From an uncultured virus (IMG/VR IMGVR_UViG_3300037088_000381) (taxonomy: Duplodnaviria; Heunggongvirae; Uroviricota; Caudoviricetes): a stretch of 20,000 nt of DNA. Where the stretch lies: IMG/VR virus record IMGVR_UViG_3300037088_000381, one strand, 5' to 3'. Within the stretch, counting starts at the first letter, position 1. The number at the start of each line of letters is the position of its first letter. This document shows positions 8,000 through 15,171 of the stretch, in pieces. Below the pieces are notes generated by a model, which was not told the DNA's origin, searched no databases, and saw only the letters and a program-made list of their open reading frames with translations. The position numbers were made by a program, and so were the translations under genes.

Positions 8000-9571
8000 A
8001 TGTCTAAAAACATCTTTCTCGATTACGTATTAGCTGGCTATCCTCTGTTATGGGTATCAACTTATGAAGAGTACCGTGCTATGACAACCTTTGCCCGAGA
8101 ACTCGGTGCATCAAAGAAACAATACTCGTACTACTCCTGGGATAGAGCAGCAGGATTACAGTCCTATGAATTGGTAAAGGGTATTCTTAAGGCCACCACT
8201 TTTAAGGTAGAGGATTCAATAGTCTTTAAAGAGATCGATGATCCCCTTAGCGTTTTAAGATGGGCCGAAAAAGATCTTCCAGAAGATTCAATTCTTTTCC
8301 TTAAAGATTACCACCACTATGCCAAAAAAGACATCATAAGCCGTACAATAAGAAACCTTATTCCTTCTTTCAAAGCACAAAGCAAGGTTTTAACAATCCT
8401 TTCACACACAGTAGACATCCCGATCGAGATCGAAAAAGAAATCACTGTCGTTAACTTCAAACTTCCAGATATGGATCAATTACGAATCACCCTAAAGAAA
8501 ATATGCGAGGACTGCAGTTCTCCTGGACGTGTCGTGGAATACCCTAAAGATGATGAAGAAATTCTCAAAGCCAGCCTGGGCATGACCTCGGCTGAAGCTG
8601 AGAATGCCTTTGCTTTATCCATGATCGAGAAAAAGAAATTCGATCCTGCTATTATCTGCCGGGAAAAAGCAGCCATTGTTAAAAAGACAGGCCTCTTAGA
8701 GGTCATTGAATCTAACCTAACCTTAGAGGATGTTGGAGGTCTCGAGACCTTAAAAGGATGGCTTGAAGCACGTAAAGACTGCTTCTCCGAAAAGGCTAAA
8801 GCATTCCGTATTGATCCTCCAAAAGGTATCCTCCTTATCGGAGTCCCTGGTACAGGTAAAAGCCTTGTTGCCAAGGCCATTGCATCTGCTTGGAAACGCC
8901 CCTTATTAAGACTTGAAATGGGTAAGGTATACGGTTCCCTCGTAGGAGAATCAGAAGGTAACTTACGTAAGTGCCTCCATATTGCAGAAGCTGTTTCGCC
9001 CTGCGTTTTGTTCATTGACGAATTAGAAAAAGCATTTGCAGGAGCCAAGACCGGGGCAGGAGACTCGGGTGTGTCCAGAAGACTTTTTGGATCATTCCTT
9101 ACTTGGTTGCAAGAAAAAACGGCTGACGTGTTTCTGGTTGCTACAGCCAATGATGTTCAAGATCTTCCTCCCGAACTCCTCCGTGGAGGTCGTTTTGATT
9201 CTATCTTCTGGGTAGACCTACCCGAAGAAGAACAGCGTAAAGAAATTATCAGCATTCATTTATCCAAAGTGGGTCGTTCAGCGAATAAGTATAATAGAGA
9301 GATATTAGTCAAAGCCTCTCAAGGGTTCAGTGGAGCTGAAATTGAAGTGTGGGTTAAAGAAGCTTTAGTGTATGCCTTTCATAAAGGCCACGAGCTTCAA
9401 GACCAAGATCTCTTGGATACTGTAACGTCTATAACCCCTATCTCTAAACTTATGGAGCAAAACATAAAGGCCGCAAAAGAATGGGCCGATACCCATGGAG
9501 TCAAATACGCCTCTCAAAAGCATATAAAGTTGGAACAAGTAATAACGAATAAAAGACAAATTCAACTTTAA
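8000..9571 (+). CDS. Ycf46-like AAA+ ATPase (degenerate N-terminal AAA plus active C-terminal AAA)
   Basis: AGYPLLWVSTYEEYR N-terminus, ILFLKDYHHY, DVGGLETLKGWL, GVPGTGKS (Walker A), VLFIDELEK (Walker B), VATAN..DLPPELLRGGRFD. Start reassigned from GTG 7892 to ATG 8000. Confidence 0.9.
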   Translation: MSKNIFLDYVLAGYPLLWVSTYEEYRAMTTFARELGASKKQYSYYSWDRAAGLQSYELVKGILKATTFKVEDSIVFKEIDDPLSVLRWAEKDLPEDSILFLKDYHHYAKKDIISRTIRNLIPSFKAQSKVLTILSHTVDIPIEIEKEITVVNFKLPDMDQLRITLKKICEDCSSPGRVVEYPKDDEEILKASLGMTSAEAENAFALSMIEKKKFDPAIICREKAAIVKKTGLLEVIESNLTLEDVGGLETLKGWLEARKDCFSEKAKAFRIDPPKGILLIGVPGTGKSLVAKAIASAWKRPLLRLEMGKVYGSLVGESEGNLRKCLHIAEAVSPCVLFIDELEKAFAGAKTGAGDSGVSRRLFGSFLTWLQEKTADVFLVATANDVQDLPPELLRGGRFDSIFWVDLPEEEQRKEIISIHLSKVGRSANKYNREILVKASQGFSGAEIEVWVKEALVYAFHKGHELQDQDLLDTVTSITPISKLMEQNIKAAKEWADTHGVKYASQKHIKLEQVITNKRQIQL

Positions 9572-9600
9572 AGTCGAGATTCCAAATTGGAATACCAAAT

Positions 9601-9630
9601 GTCCCCGGCCCAGGTCGGGGACTTCTTTCT
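9601..9630 (+). terminator. Rho-independent terminator-like hairpin
   Basis: GTCCCCGGC-CCAG-GTCGGGGAC (9601-9622) followed by TTCTTTCT. Confidence 0.65.
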
Positions 9631-9645
9631 CAGAAGGATTTAAAC

Positions 9646-10665
9646 ATGAATCTATATCAGGATGGCATACTTGTCACCGTTAACGTTTGTTATTGGACTG
9701 GTGCGAAGAAACTTATAAACGAGGACATGGGCTTATCTAATGATAAAGTTGTCGACGCTTTCAAACTTGGACGTAAGATGCTTGTTCCCGAAAAATCCAT
9801 ACAAGCTTTCAGGACTATCGAGAGTCGAGCAAGGCACGTAGTTGACACTAACAGTTTTAAGTTCCCTATCGGCAATGCTTGTTTCGTTCCCAAGAAAAAA
9901 TTCCCCAAAGTTATCAAGACCCTTGAAGAGTGTAAGGCGGAATACGATCGGCTTACCGACGAACTCATTGCAAATTATGAGGCTCTTAAAACCAGTATGC
10001 TTCCCACATATATGGAAGCTGCTAAGATTGCCTATATTTCCCAAAAACCTGCACAGCTCGAGGTCTTTAACATTGAAGACCAGCAACGTGAGGAAGATAA
10101 TTTTATTCAGCAATTTATCACTCGAATAAATGCTTACTATCCTTCGGCTGAGTCTCTTCGGGAAAAATTCTCTTTGGAATGGACTGTATATGAAATAGCC
10201 CTGCCAAGAATGCGGATTTCTGATTCGGCCAAACTTTCCAATGAGATTGAAAAATCAGAGATCATTAATGAAGAATACCGCCTCCAGACCCAGGCCAAGC
10301 TTGGTAAATTTGTTGATAGTGTCGTGGCTGATCTTCGTAACCAGACCATGGACATATGTAACCGTATTGTAACGAACATCAAAAGTGGCAAAGTGGTTAC
10401 CGGCCGGACCCTCACTTCCCTGAAGGATTTCATCGACAAGTTCTCGGACTTGAACTTTGTTGGCGATGTAAAAATCGAGCAACAACTTGAAACTTTGAAG
10501 AAAGAATTTTTAAACACTCATACTACTGAGCAGATCACGGATGAAGTTGAGCTCCAGGATGAACTTAAAAGGCGTCTTGGGGAACTTGCTGACGTAGCAG
10601 CTGATATGACTGATATTAGTTCGGTTACAGGTGAATATCGGCGTAAAATCAATTGGCAGGACTAA
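9646..10665 (+). CDS. DUF3150 family protein
   Basis: LVTVNVCYWTGAKKL..ED, LGRKMLVP...F..IESRAR, F.FPIG..FVP, and a helical C-terminus. Confidence 0.75.
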   Translation: MNLYQDGILVTVNVCYWTGAKKLINEDMGLSNDKVVDAFKLGRKMLVPEKSIQAFRTIESRARHVVDTNSFKFPIGNACFVPKKKFPKVIKTLEECKAEYDRLTDELIANYEALKTSMLPTYMEAAKIAYISQKPAQLEVFNIEDQQREEDNFIQQFITRINAYYPSAESLREKFSLEWTVYEIALPRMRISDSAKLSNEIEKSEIINEEYRLQTQAKLGKFVDSVVADLRNQTMDICNRIVTNIKSGKVVTGRTLTSLKDFIDKFSDLNFVGDVKIEQQLETLKKEFLNTHTTEQITDEVELQDELKRRLGELADVAADMTDISSVTGEYRRKINWQD

Positions 10666-10679
10666 TCCTATATATAAAA

Positions 10680-10699
10680 TCTTAACAAAATTGTTAAGA
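10680..10699. promoter_or_regulatory. Perfect 9-bp inverted repeat (operator-like)
   Basis: TCTTAACAA-AA-TTGTTAAGA in an AT-rich intergenic region. Confidence 0.45.
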
Positions 10700-10716
10700 A
10701 ATACAATATAAAACAC

Positions 10717-10741
10717 AAGAGGCTCGATAGTCGGGCCTCTT
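10717..10741 (+). terminator. Stable hairpin, terminator-like
   Basis: AAGAGGCTCGA-TAG-TCGGGCCTCTT, 11-bp stem with one G-U pair. Confidence 0.5.
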
Positions 10742-10758
10742 AATTAAAGGAACTAAGC

Positions 10759-10908
10759 ATGTTACAAAATTTCTCTTGGGACTCCTGGGACGAAATTCTT
10801 AAACATACAGAATACTCAAAAGAAGACGACCGAAACTATTCCTACATGTTTAACACTCCTATAACGGTTGAATTCGAACCTGTCGATTTCTTAGTGGAGG
10901 TCAAATAA
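10759..10908 (+). CDS. Small acidic protein (49 aa), not in the ORF track
   Basis: AAGGA RBS, then MLQNFSWDSWDEILKH...FLVEVK-TAA, ending 2 nt before the next ATG. Confidence 0.6.
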   Translation: MLQNFSWDSWDEILKHTEYSKEDDRNYSYMFNTPITVEFEPVDFLVEVK

Positions 10909-10910
10909 TC

Positions 10911-11720
10911 ATGGCTAAAAAATCAAAAAAGATGACGCCTGAACAAGTTATACAAAATCAGCTCGATCAACAGTTAAACGACTGCAGAGCATCACGCCAT
11001 AAAACTGTACCCACTATGACTTATAAAATAGGCGAACGAGTCCAACGGGGCTCGGTAAAATCTTCGACCGTTACCGAGATTCTTGATGATGGCCATATCT
11101 TAAAACTTCATGAAATCTTTACTGAAAACAATTATGGAAAGCCCTATGACCGTGAACGGGATGATTACGTCATGTGGTATCAGGTTACCAAATACCATAC
11201 TGCAGAAGAAAATGATGCCCTGCCGACATTCACGCATCGAGGGAGTTTGAGAAGGCTGAATTATAGCCAGCGAAGTTTAATGGGCTTCTTTTCCATGGTG
11301 TACCGATTTGGGGTTGACATGGACCCTATTTACCAACGTGGAAACGTATGGTCTTTAGAGGACAAGCAAGCTCTAATACATTCTATTTTTAACGAAGTGG
11401 ATATTGGTAAGTTTGTTTTTATCCACTTGGACTACAAGGGTGGAGATTTACCTTTATATGAGATCCTTGATGGCAAACAAAGGCTAAATGCCATTATAGA
11501 CTTTTTCGAGAACCGTTATACTTATCAAGGTAAGTATTATCACGAACTCTCATACCGAGATCAGGCCCATCTTGAAGATTACCCGATATCCTGGGCCGAG
11601 ATACAAAATATTACACTTAAACAAAAACTTGAGTATTTTATACGTCTTAACGTATCTGGCAAGCCCCAGGACCCGGAGCATATGAAAAGGGTTGAAGATC
11701 TTTACAAAAAAGAGGCGTAA
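10911..11720 (+). CDS. DUF262 (ParB/Srx-fold, GmrS-like) domain protein without an HNH nuclease domain
   Basis: PIYQRGNVWS...LIHSIF...IGKFVF...YEILDGKQRLNAI...FIRLN.SGKP. Confidence 0.85.
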   Translation: MAKKSKKMTPEQVIQNQLDQQLNDCRASRHKTVPTMTYKIGERVQRGSVKSSTVTEILDDGHILKLHEIFTENNYGKPYDRERDDYVMWYQVTKYHTAEENDALPTFTHRGSLRRLNYSQRSLMGFFSMVYRFGVDMDPIYQRGNVWSLEDKQALIHSIFNEVDIGKFVFIHLDYKGGDLPLYEILDGKQRLNAIIDFFENRYTYQGKYYHELSYRDQAHLEDYPISWAEIQNITLKQKLEYFIRLNVSGKPQDPEHMKRVEDLYKKEA

Positions 11721-11894
11721 ATGGAAGTCACTAAAAAAGCACTCAATATAACGTTACAAAAGGCGTTTAATCTGATTTTGCAGTTAATTCTATTTGCTGT
11801 AGCTGCTTATCTTATTGTGCCTAATGTTAAATGGCAGGTCTCTTTAGGCCTATTTTTATTTGTTTGGGCTAACAATTTAATGCTAAGAAAGTAA
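11721..11894 (+). CDS. Small membrane protein (57 aa, two hydrophobic segments), not in the ORF track
   Basis: MEVTKKALNITLQKAFNLILQLILFAVAAYLIVPNVKWQVSLGLFLFVWANNLMLRK. Abuts both neighbouring genes. Confidence 0.7.
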   Translation: MEVTKKALNITLQKAFNLILQLILFAVAAYLIVPNVKWQVSLGLFLFVWANNLMLRK

Positions 11895-11896
11895 AA

Positions 11897-12586
11897 ATGA
11901 AACCTCTTACTCACTTAGAAAGGCTGAAGTGGCCGACAAGGGTCCGTTGTGCTTTCTGCTTCAGCATCAACATTAAATCGGTGTTCCTTTCTAAAGATGG
12001 TTGGGATTCATATGAGTGCTGTGATTGTGGGGCCCACTTCACAGTGCTTTCTGATTCCCCTTTTCAAAAAACTAAACTTAATCCTAAACAATTATGGGCT
12101 CTTCTCGAACTTGTCAAAAATAATCGCCTGGCTGAAATGCCTTCAGCCCTATGTAAGGAAGTGGAAGTTCATCATTGGACAATGACAAAGCTTATTAATC
12201 GTGTTAAAGGGCATTCTCCCGAGGAGCTTATAGGAAGGCCTGGAATAGCAGGTATAGAAGAAATGCTTATTGATCTGTTTAAAAATGACGATCAAAGCCT
12301 TATCATACCTGCACTTGTCTTATTTACCTATCGGTATGTAACCCAGGATCCTCGACTACTTGCTGCTGTATCTGGATGTGATTCTAAATTTGCAGAACAA
12401 GCAATCGAAAGAATAAAAAGTTCATGGCCTCCTGGAGAGGAATTTAAAGAAGAGGATGAATTTGACTGGAGTAATCCCGAGGCCTGGAACAGCCCTAAAG
12501 GAGAAGTTATTCTTGTTTTACACTGCCTTTGTATTATGGGGGATATAAAGCGTGATCCAGATACAAAAAAATGGAGTGAGAAATAA
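11897..12586 (+). CDS. IS1595-type transposase Zn-ribbon/HTH N-terminus fused to an unrelated C-terminal domain (no DDE domain)
   Basis: LERLKWP..VRCAFC...YECCDCGAHFTVLSDSPFQKTKL follows the IS1595 N-terminal consensus. No VEVDET-type catalytic motif follows. Confidence 0.65.
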   Translation: MKPLTHLERLKWPTRVRCAFCFSINIKSVFLSKDGWDSYECCDCGAHFTVLSDSPFQKTKLNPKQLWALLELVKNNRLAEMPSALCKEVEVHHWTMTKLINRVKGHSPEELIGRPGIAGIEEMLIDLFKNDDQSLIIPALVLFTYRYVTQDPRLLAAVSGCDSKFAEQAIERIKSSWPPGEEFKEEDEFDWSNPEAWNSPKGEVILVLHCLCIMGDIKRDPDTKKWSEK

Positions 12587-12925
12587 ATGGAATACTTTTA
12601 TTTCGGAAACATTATTAAAGTAACAGAAGATACTTCTCGAGGGTTCATTCGATCTGAACTTACGGATATAGGCAAAGAAAAACTTAATGAGTTAAATTAT
12701 AAAGAACTCTTACTTTATTTCACGGCTATAACCGAGGCATATCAAATTAGTGCAACACATAATATATGTGGTGAAGGCTTAACCTGCCTTGCTCGAGATT
12801 TCACAGCCTTTAAAACGTTTACCGAAATATTATTGGTATATCTTAAAGAAACCCCTAACCCTAAAGCTGTACTAAAAGATCGTTATGATATTGCCAGGGA
12901 GTCAGCAAAAAATGAATCGCTATGA
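12587..12925 (+). CDS. Hypothetical protein
   Basis: 112 aa ORF starting directly after the upstream stop. Confidence 0.65.
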   Translation: MEYFYFGNIIKVTEDTSRGFIRSELTDIGKEKLNELNYKELLLYFTAITEAYQISATHNICGEGLTCLARDFTAFKTFTEILLVYLKETPNPKAVLKDRYDIARESAKNESL

Positions 12926-13229
12926 AATCCTTACAAATAAAAACCCTTATCCTTACGACATAAAGGGAAACGTTCCAGACGTCAAAAATAAACTTGTCAC
13001 CCTGAAAAAGTGGGGAGATTTTGGTGACTACCAAATATCTTTAGAAAAAAGCCCTAAACGAGCTACGTGTAGTAGATGCCATACTTATATCGAGCCTAAA
13101 GTGGATCGGTATACATTCACCAAATACCCTACTTACAGATCTAAAAAGAGTTTTCCACTTAAATATGTCTACCATATAACGTGTTTAACGAATGAGGAAA
13201 TAACTAAACTCAAAGGAATAAATATATGA
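12912..13229 (+). CDS. Small protein with a PARP-type zinc finger
   Basis: KSPKRATCSRC..I....R...YHITCL, i.e. C-x2-C-x31-H-x2-C. ATG 12912 preferred (GGAG upstream). Confidence 0.55.
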   Translation: MNRYEILTNKNPYPYDIKGNVPDVKNKLVTLKKWGDFGDYQISLEKSPKRATCSRCHTYIEPKVDRYTFTKYPTYRSKKSFPLKYVYHITCLTNEEITKLKGINI

Positions 13230-13405
13230 GTGAAGGATTAAACGAGCCAGAACTGGAAAATAGTTATCCAGTTTATTTAACATACGCATACGTGTGTGAT
13301 GGTGAAGTAAGATATTCTCCTCTTGAGGGCACTGTTTACGGCCTAAAAAAAGAATTTAAATGTACTAAGGTTTGTCGATGCGACTTAATAGGGAGAGACC
13401 TATAA
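13226..13405 (+). CDS. Small hypothetical protein (59 aa), not in the ORF track
   Basis: MSEGLNEPELENSYPVY...KVCRCDLIGRDL. ATGA overlap at the start, TAATG overlap at the end, AAGGA RBS. Confidence 0.7.
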   Translation: MSEGLNEPELENSYPVYLTYAYVCDGEVRYSPLEGTVYGLKKEFKCTKVCRCDLIGRDL

Positions 13406-13734
13406 TGTATAATCATTTTATCAAGGCATTTCAAGTCCCATGTCCTGAGGATTCCTGCCCTGTATGTAAAGCAATAAAGAGCAAGACACACAATGGTGTC
13501 GATTTAAGGGCTAAGAAAATATACAATGTACATGGACTTGACCCAAGGACCAGGCAACCCATTATGTTACGATTACCCGAAAGAGTTTTTAATAAAATAG
13601 CCGAAGCTAGTTTAAAGAAACCTACTTGGTACAAAAAAATCCTTAATAAGTTTTTAGATATTTATGGTTGCAGAAAAGAATCAAGATCGCTTACAATTTT
13701 CAGGGCTCCAGATGGGAGCTTTTCAGTTAAATAA
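13405..13734 (+). CDS. Putative truncated gp32-like ssDNA-binding protein core
   Basis: YNHF...CPEDSCPVC...RAKKIYNV...LRLPERVFNKI resembles the Zn site and core of T4 gp32-type SSBs. Start reassigned to ATG 13405. Confidence 0.45.
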   Translation: MYNHFIKAFQVPCPEDSCPVCKAIKSKTHNGVDLRAKKIYNVHGLDPRTRQPIMLRLPERVFNKIAEASLKKPTWYKKILNKFLDIYGCRKESRSLTIFRAPDGSFSVK

Positions 13735-13737
13735 TAA

Positions 13738-13803
13738 TGGTGGCCTCTATGCTCACAAGGCGGGGATTTGTGTAGTCGTTCGTCCCTTAATAAGAGGTCA
13801 CCA
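13738..13803 (+). ncRNA. Candidate structured intergenic RNA element
   Basis: 11-bp closing stem TGGTGGCCTCT/AGAGGTCACCA, inner stem CACAAG/TTTGTG, and a GGGGA loop complementary to downstream TCCCT. Confidence 0.35.
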
Positions 13804-13826
13804 AAATCTTTCTCAAAGGAAAAGTC

Positions 13827-14090
13827 ATGAAAATCCCAGAAGATATTAGATACCCTATCAAAGTTCTCTTTGATGACGAATTAAGTTTTTTTGCTCACGT
13901 TACTAACCCAGCATTACCTGGAACATATGTTTCAGTTAAACAAAATAAATTTGAATCTGATAAATGGTTACCACCAATTATCAATTGGCCAGGAGTTGAA
14001 GTTACCACTATTGAAGAAGCAATATCCTTTGCACATCAAGTAATAATTGCTTCTAATGTAGCCTCGGAGCTTAAGCACAGATTAGATTAG
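13827..14090 (+). CDS. Hypothetical protein
   Basis: 87 aa ORF with AAGGA RBS. Confidence 0.7.
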   Translation: MKIPEDIRYPIKVLFDDELSFFAHVTNPALPGTYVSVKQNKFESDKWLPPIINWPGVEVTTIEEAISFAHQVIIASNVASELKHRLD

Positions 14091-14099
14091 GAGTAACCT

Positions 14100-14312
14100 A
14101 TGGGTACAACTAAACCTGTACAAAGATGTAGCCGCTGTATGACTCCTACGGAGGAATTTGCAAAAGAACTTGGTAGTCATGTTCGTTTTTGCAAAAGATG
14201 CATGAATCTACTTGGTATGGATAAAGAACTCTGCCCTGGCTGTAGAAAGTATCCCTGCACCTGTGATACCAACACAGAACTCAGAAAAAAGATATTTAAA
14301 ACTAAGAAATAA
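14100..14312 (+). CDS. Small Cys-rich zinc-binding protein
   Basis: CSRC, CKRC, CPGC..YPCTC motifs. AGGAG RBS. Confidence 0.7.
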   Translation: MGTTKPVQRCSRCMTPTEEFAKELGSHVRFCKRCMNLLGMDKELCPGCRKYPCTCDTNTELRKKIFKTKK

Positions 14313-14365
14313 AAACGTATTATTAATACATTGCTTTTCAATAATAAATGGTAGGAGATATTTTT

Positions 14366-15112
14366 ATGGCATTGACCTCGATGGAAGAAGCGTTTAAAAA
14401 ATCAGGGTTAGTTAGTGAGCAAAAAGTCCTTGAAAACGAAGCGAAAAGGATTAAAGAATTACAAGCTAAAGAAAAACAACAACAACAAAGACCTCCACAA
14501 CAAAAGAGAAAAGAACAGCCTCCTAGAAAAGAACAGCCTCCTCGTAATGAGCCTACAATCCAAGATAATATAGAGAGATTTAAACCCTTCAACGATCGCT
14601 GGCATGATGCAGACAAACAAGGTTTTATCACTCACTTAATTTTCTCTTTCGTTCCTTCTGATGTGCCTCATTACCCACTCACAGATAAAGAGCTCAAAGA
14701 AAAGAAATGTTGTATATGTGGACAGGCATTGATCTCTAAAGAACATATAATAAAGAAAGTTCTGGCGACGCCGTTGACTGCTGAGAACTTACTAAATCCA
14801 GATAAAAGCAAAATCGTTGGGGATAGCGTTGTAGGTATTGTATCTCCTAAGTCTACAGCTGCTTTCTGCCCTCCTTGTTGTAACGCCTTTTACGACTGGA
14901 TTGAAGAATCCTTATGGAGAGGTGACACCCAGCTACATCGTATTATTAAACGACGGAGAATGGAAACTACTCTCTCAGAATCCGAACTAAAAGAATACGA
15001 AGAAATCCGTAAAGAAAAAATTCCCCTTAAAGAACGGCAAGAAAAAATAAACACCTTTTTTAATAAGATTCGGAAGGGTGAGACTTCACCTCAATCCTCT
15101 GATATAAAATAA
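14366..15112 (+). CDS. Hypothetical protein with low-complexity N-terminal linker and a CxxC...CxxC zinc finger
   Basis: AGGAG supports ATG 14366. Motifs CCICG and FCPPC. Confidence 0.75.
   Translation: MALTSMEEAFKKSGLVSEQKVLENEAKRIKELQAKEKQQQQRPPQQKRKEQPPRKEQPPRNEPTIQDNIERFKPFNDRWHDADKQGFITHLIFSFVPSDVPHYPLTDKELKEKKCCICGQALISKEHIIKKVLATPLTAENLLNPDKSKIVGDSVVGIVSPKSTAAFCPPCCNAFYDWIEESLWRGDTQLHRIIKRRRMETTLSESELKEYEEIRKEKIPLKERQEKINTFFNKIRKGETSPQSSDIK
14507..14542 (+). repeat. Exact 18-bp tandem duplication within a CDS (RKEQPP x2)
   Basis: AGAAAAGAACAGCCTCCT at 14507-14524 and 14525-14542, followed by a degenerate third copy (RNEP). Confidence 0.9.
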
Positions 15113-15171
15113 TCAGATTTTTAACGCCGCAACTTTGTATAATAATAAGACAACCCAAAAAGGTGGTCATT

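Noticed and set aside
8476..9150. 224-aa minus-strand ORF, and similar antisense ORFs at 71-253, 1777-2061, 7377-7828, 9690-10517, 14338-14631, 15354-15572, 16175-16408 and 18430-18636
   Set aside because: They lie antisense to well-supported + strand genes and show no recognisable motifs. They are shadow ORFs.
11897..12586. Active IS1595 insertion sequence
   Set aside because: No DDE catalytic domain, and no terminal inverted repeats or target duplication seen. The gene is integrated into the operon.
13742..13803. Canonical tRNA gene
   Set aside because: It has an acceptor-like stem and ACCA, but is only 62 nt and the GTTCG is not enclosed by a T-stem. Kept only as a structured-RNA candidate.
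13664..13849. 61-aa + strand ORF (also 9842-10129, 11949-12185 and 14212-14397)
   Set aside because: Out-of-frame overlaps with better-supported genes and no convincing RBS.
14317..14329. Palindrome GTATTA-T-TAATAC in an intergenic gap
   Set aside because: Short and very AT-rich, so it is plausible by chance. No second copy was found.
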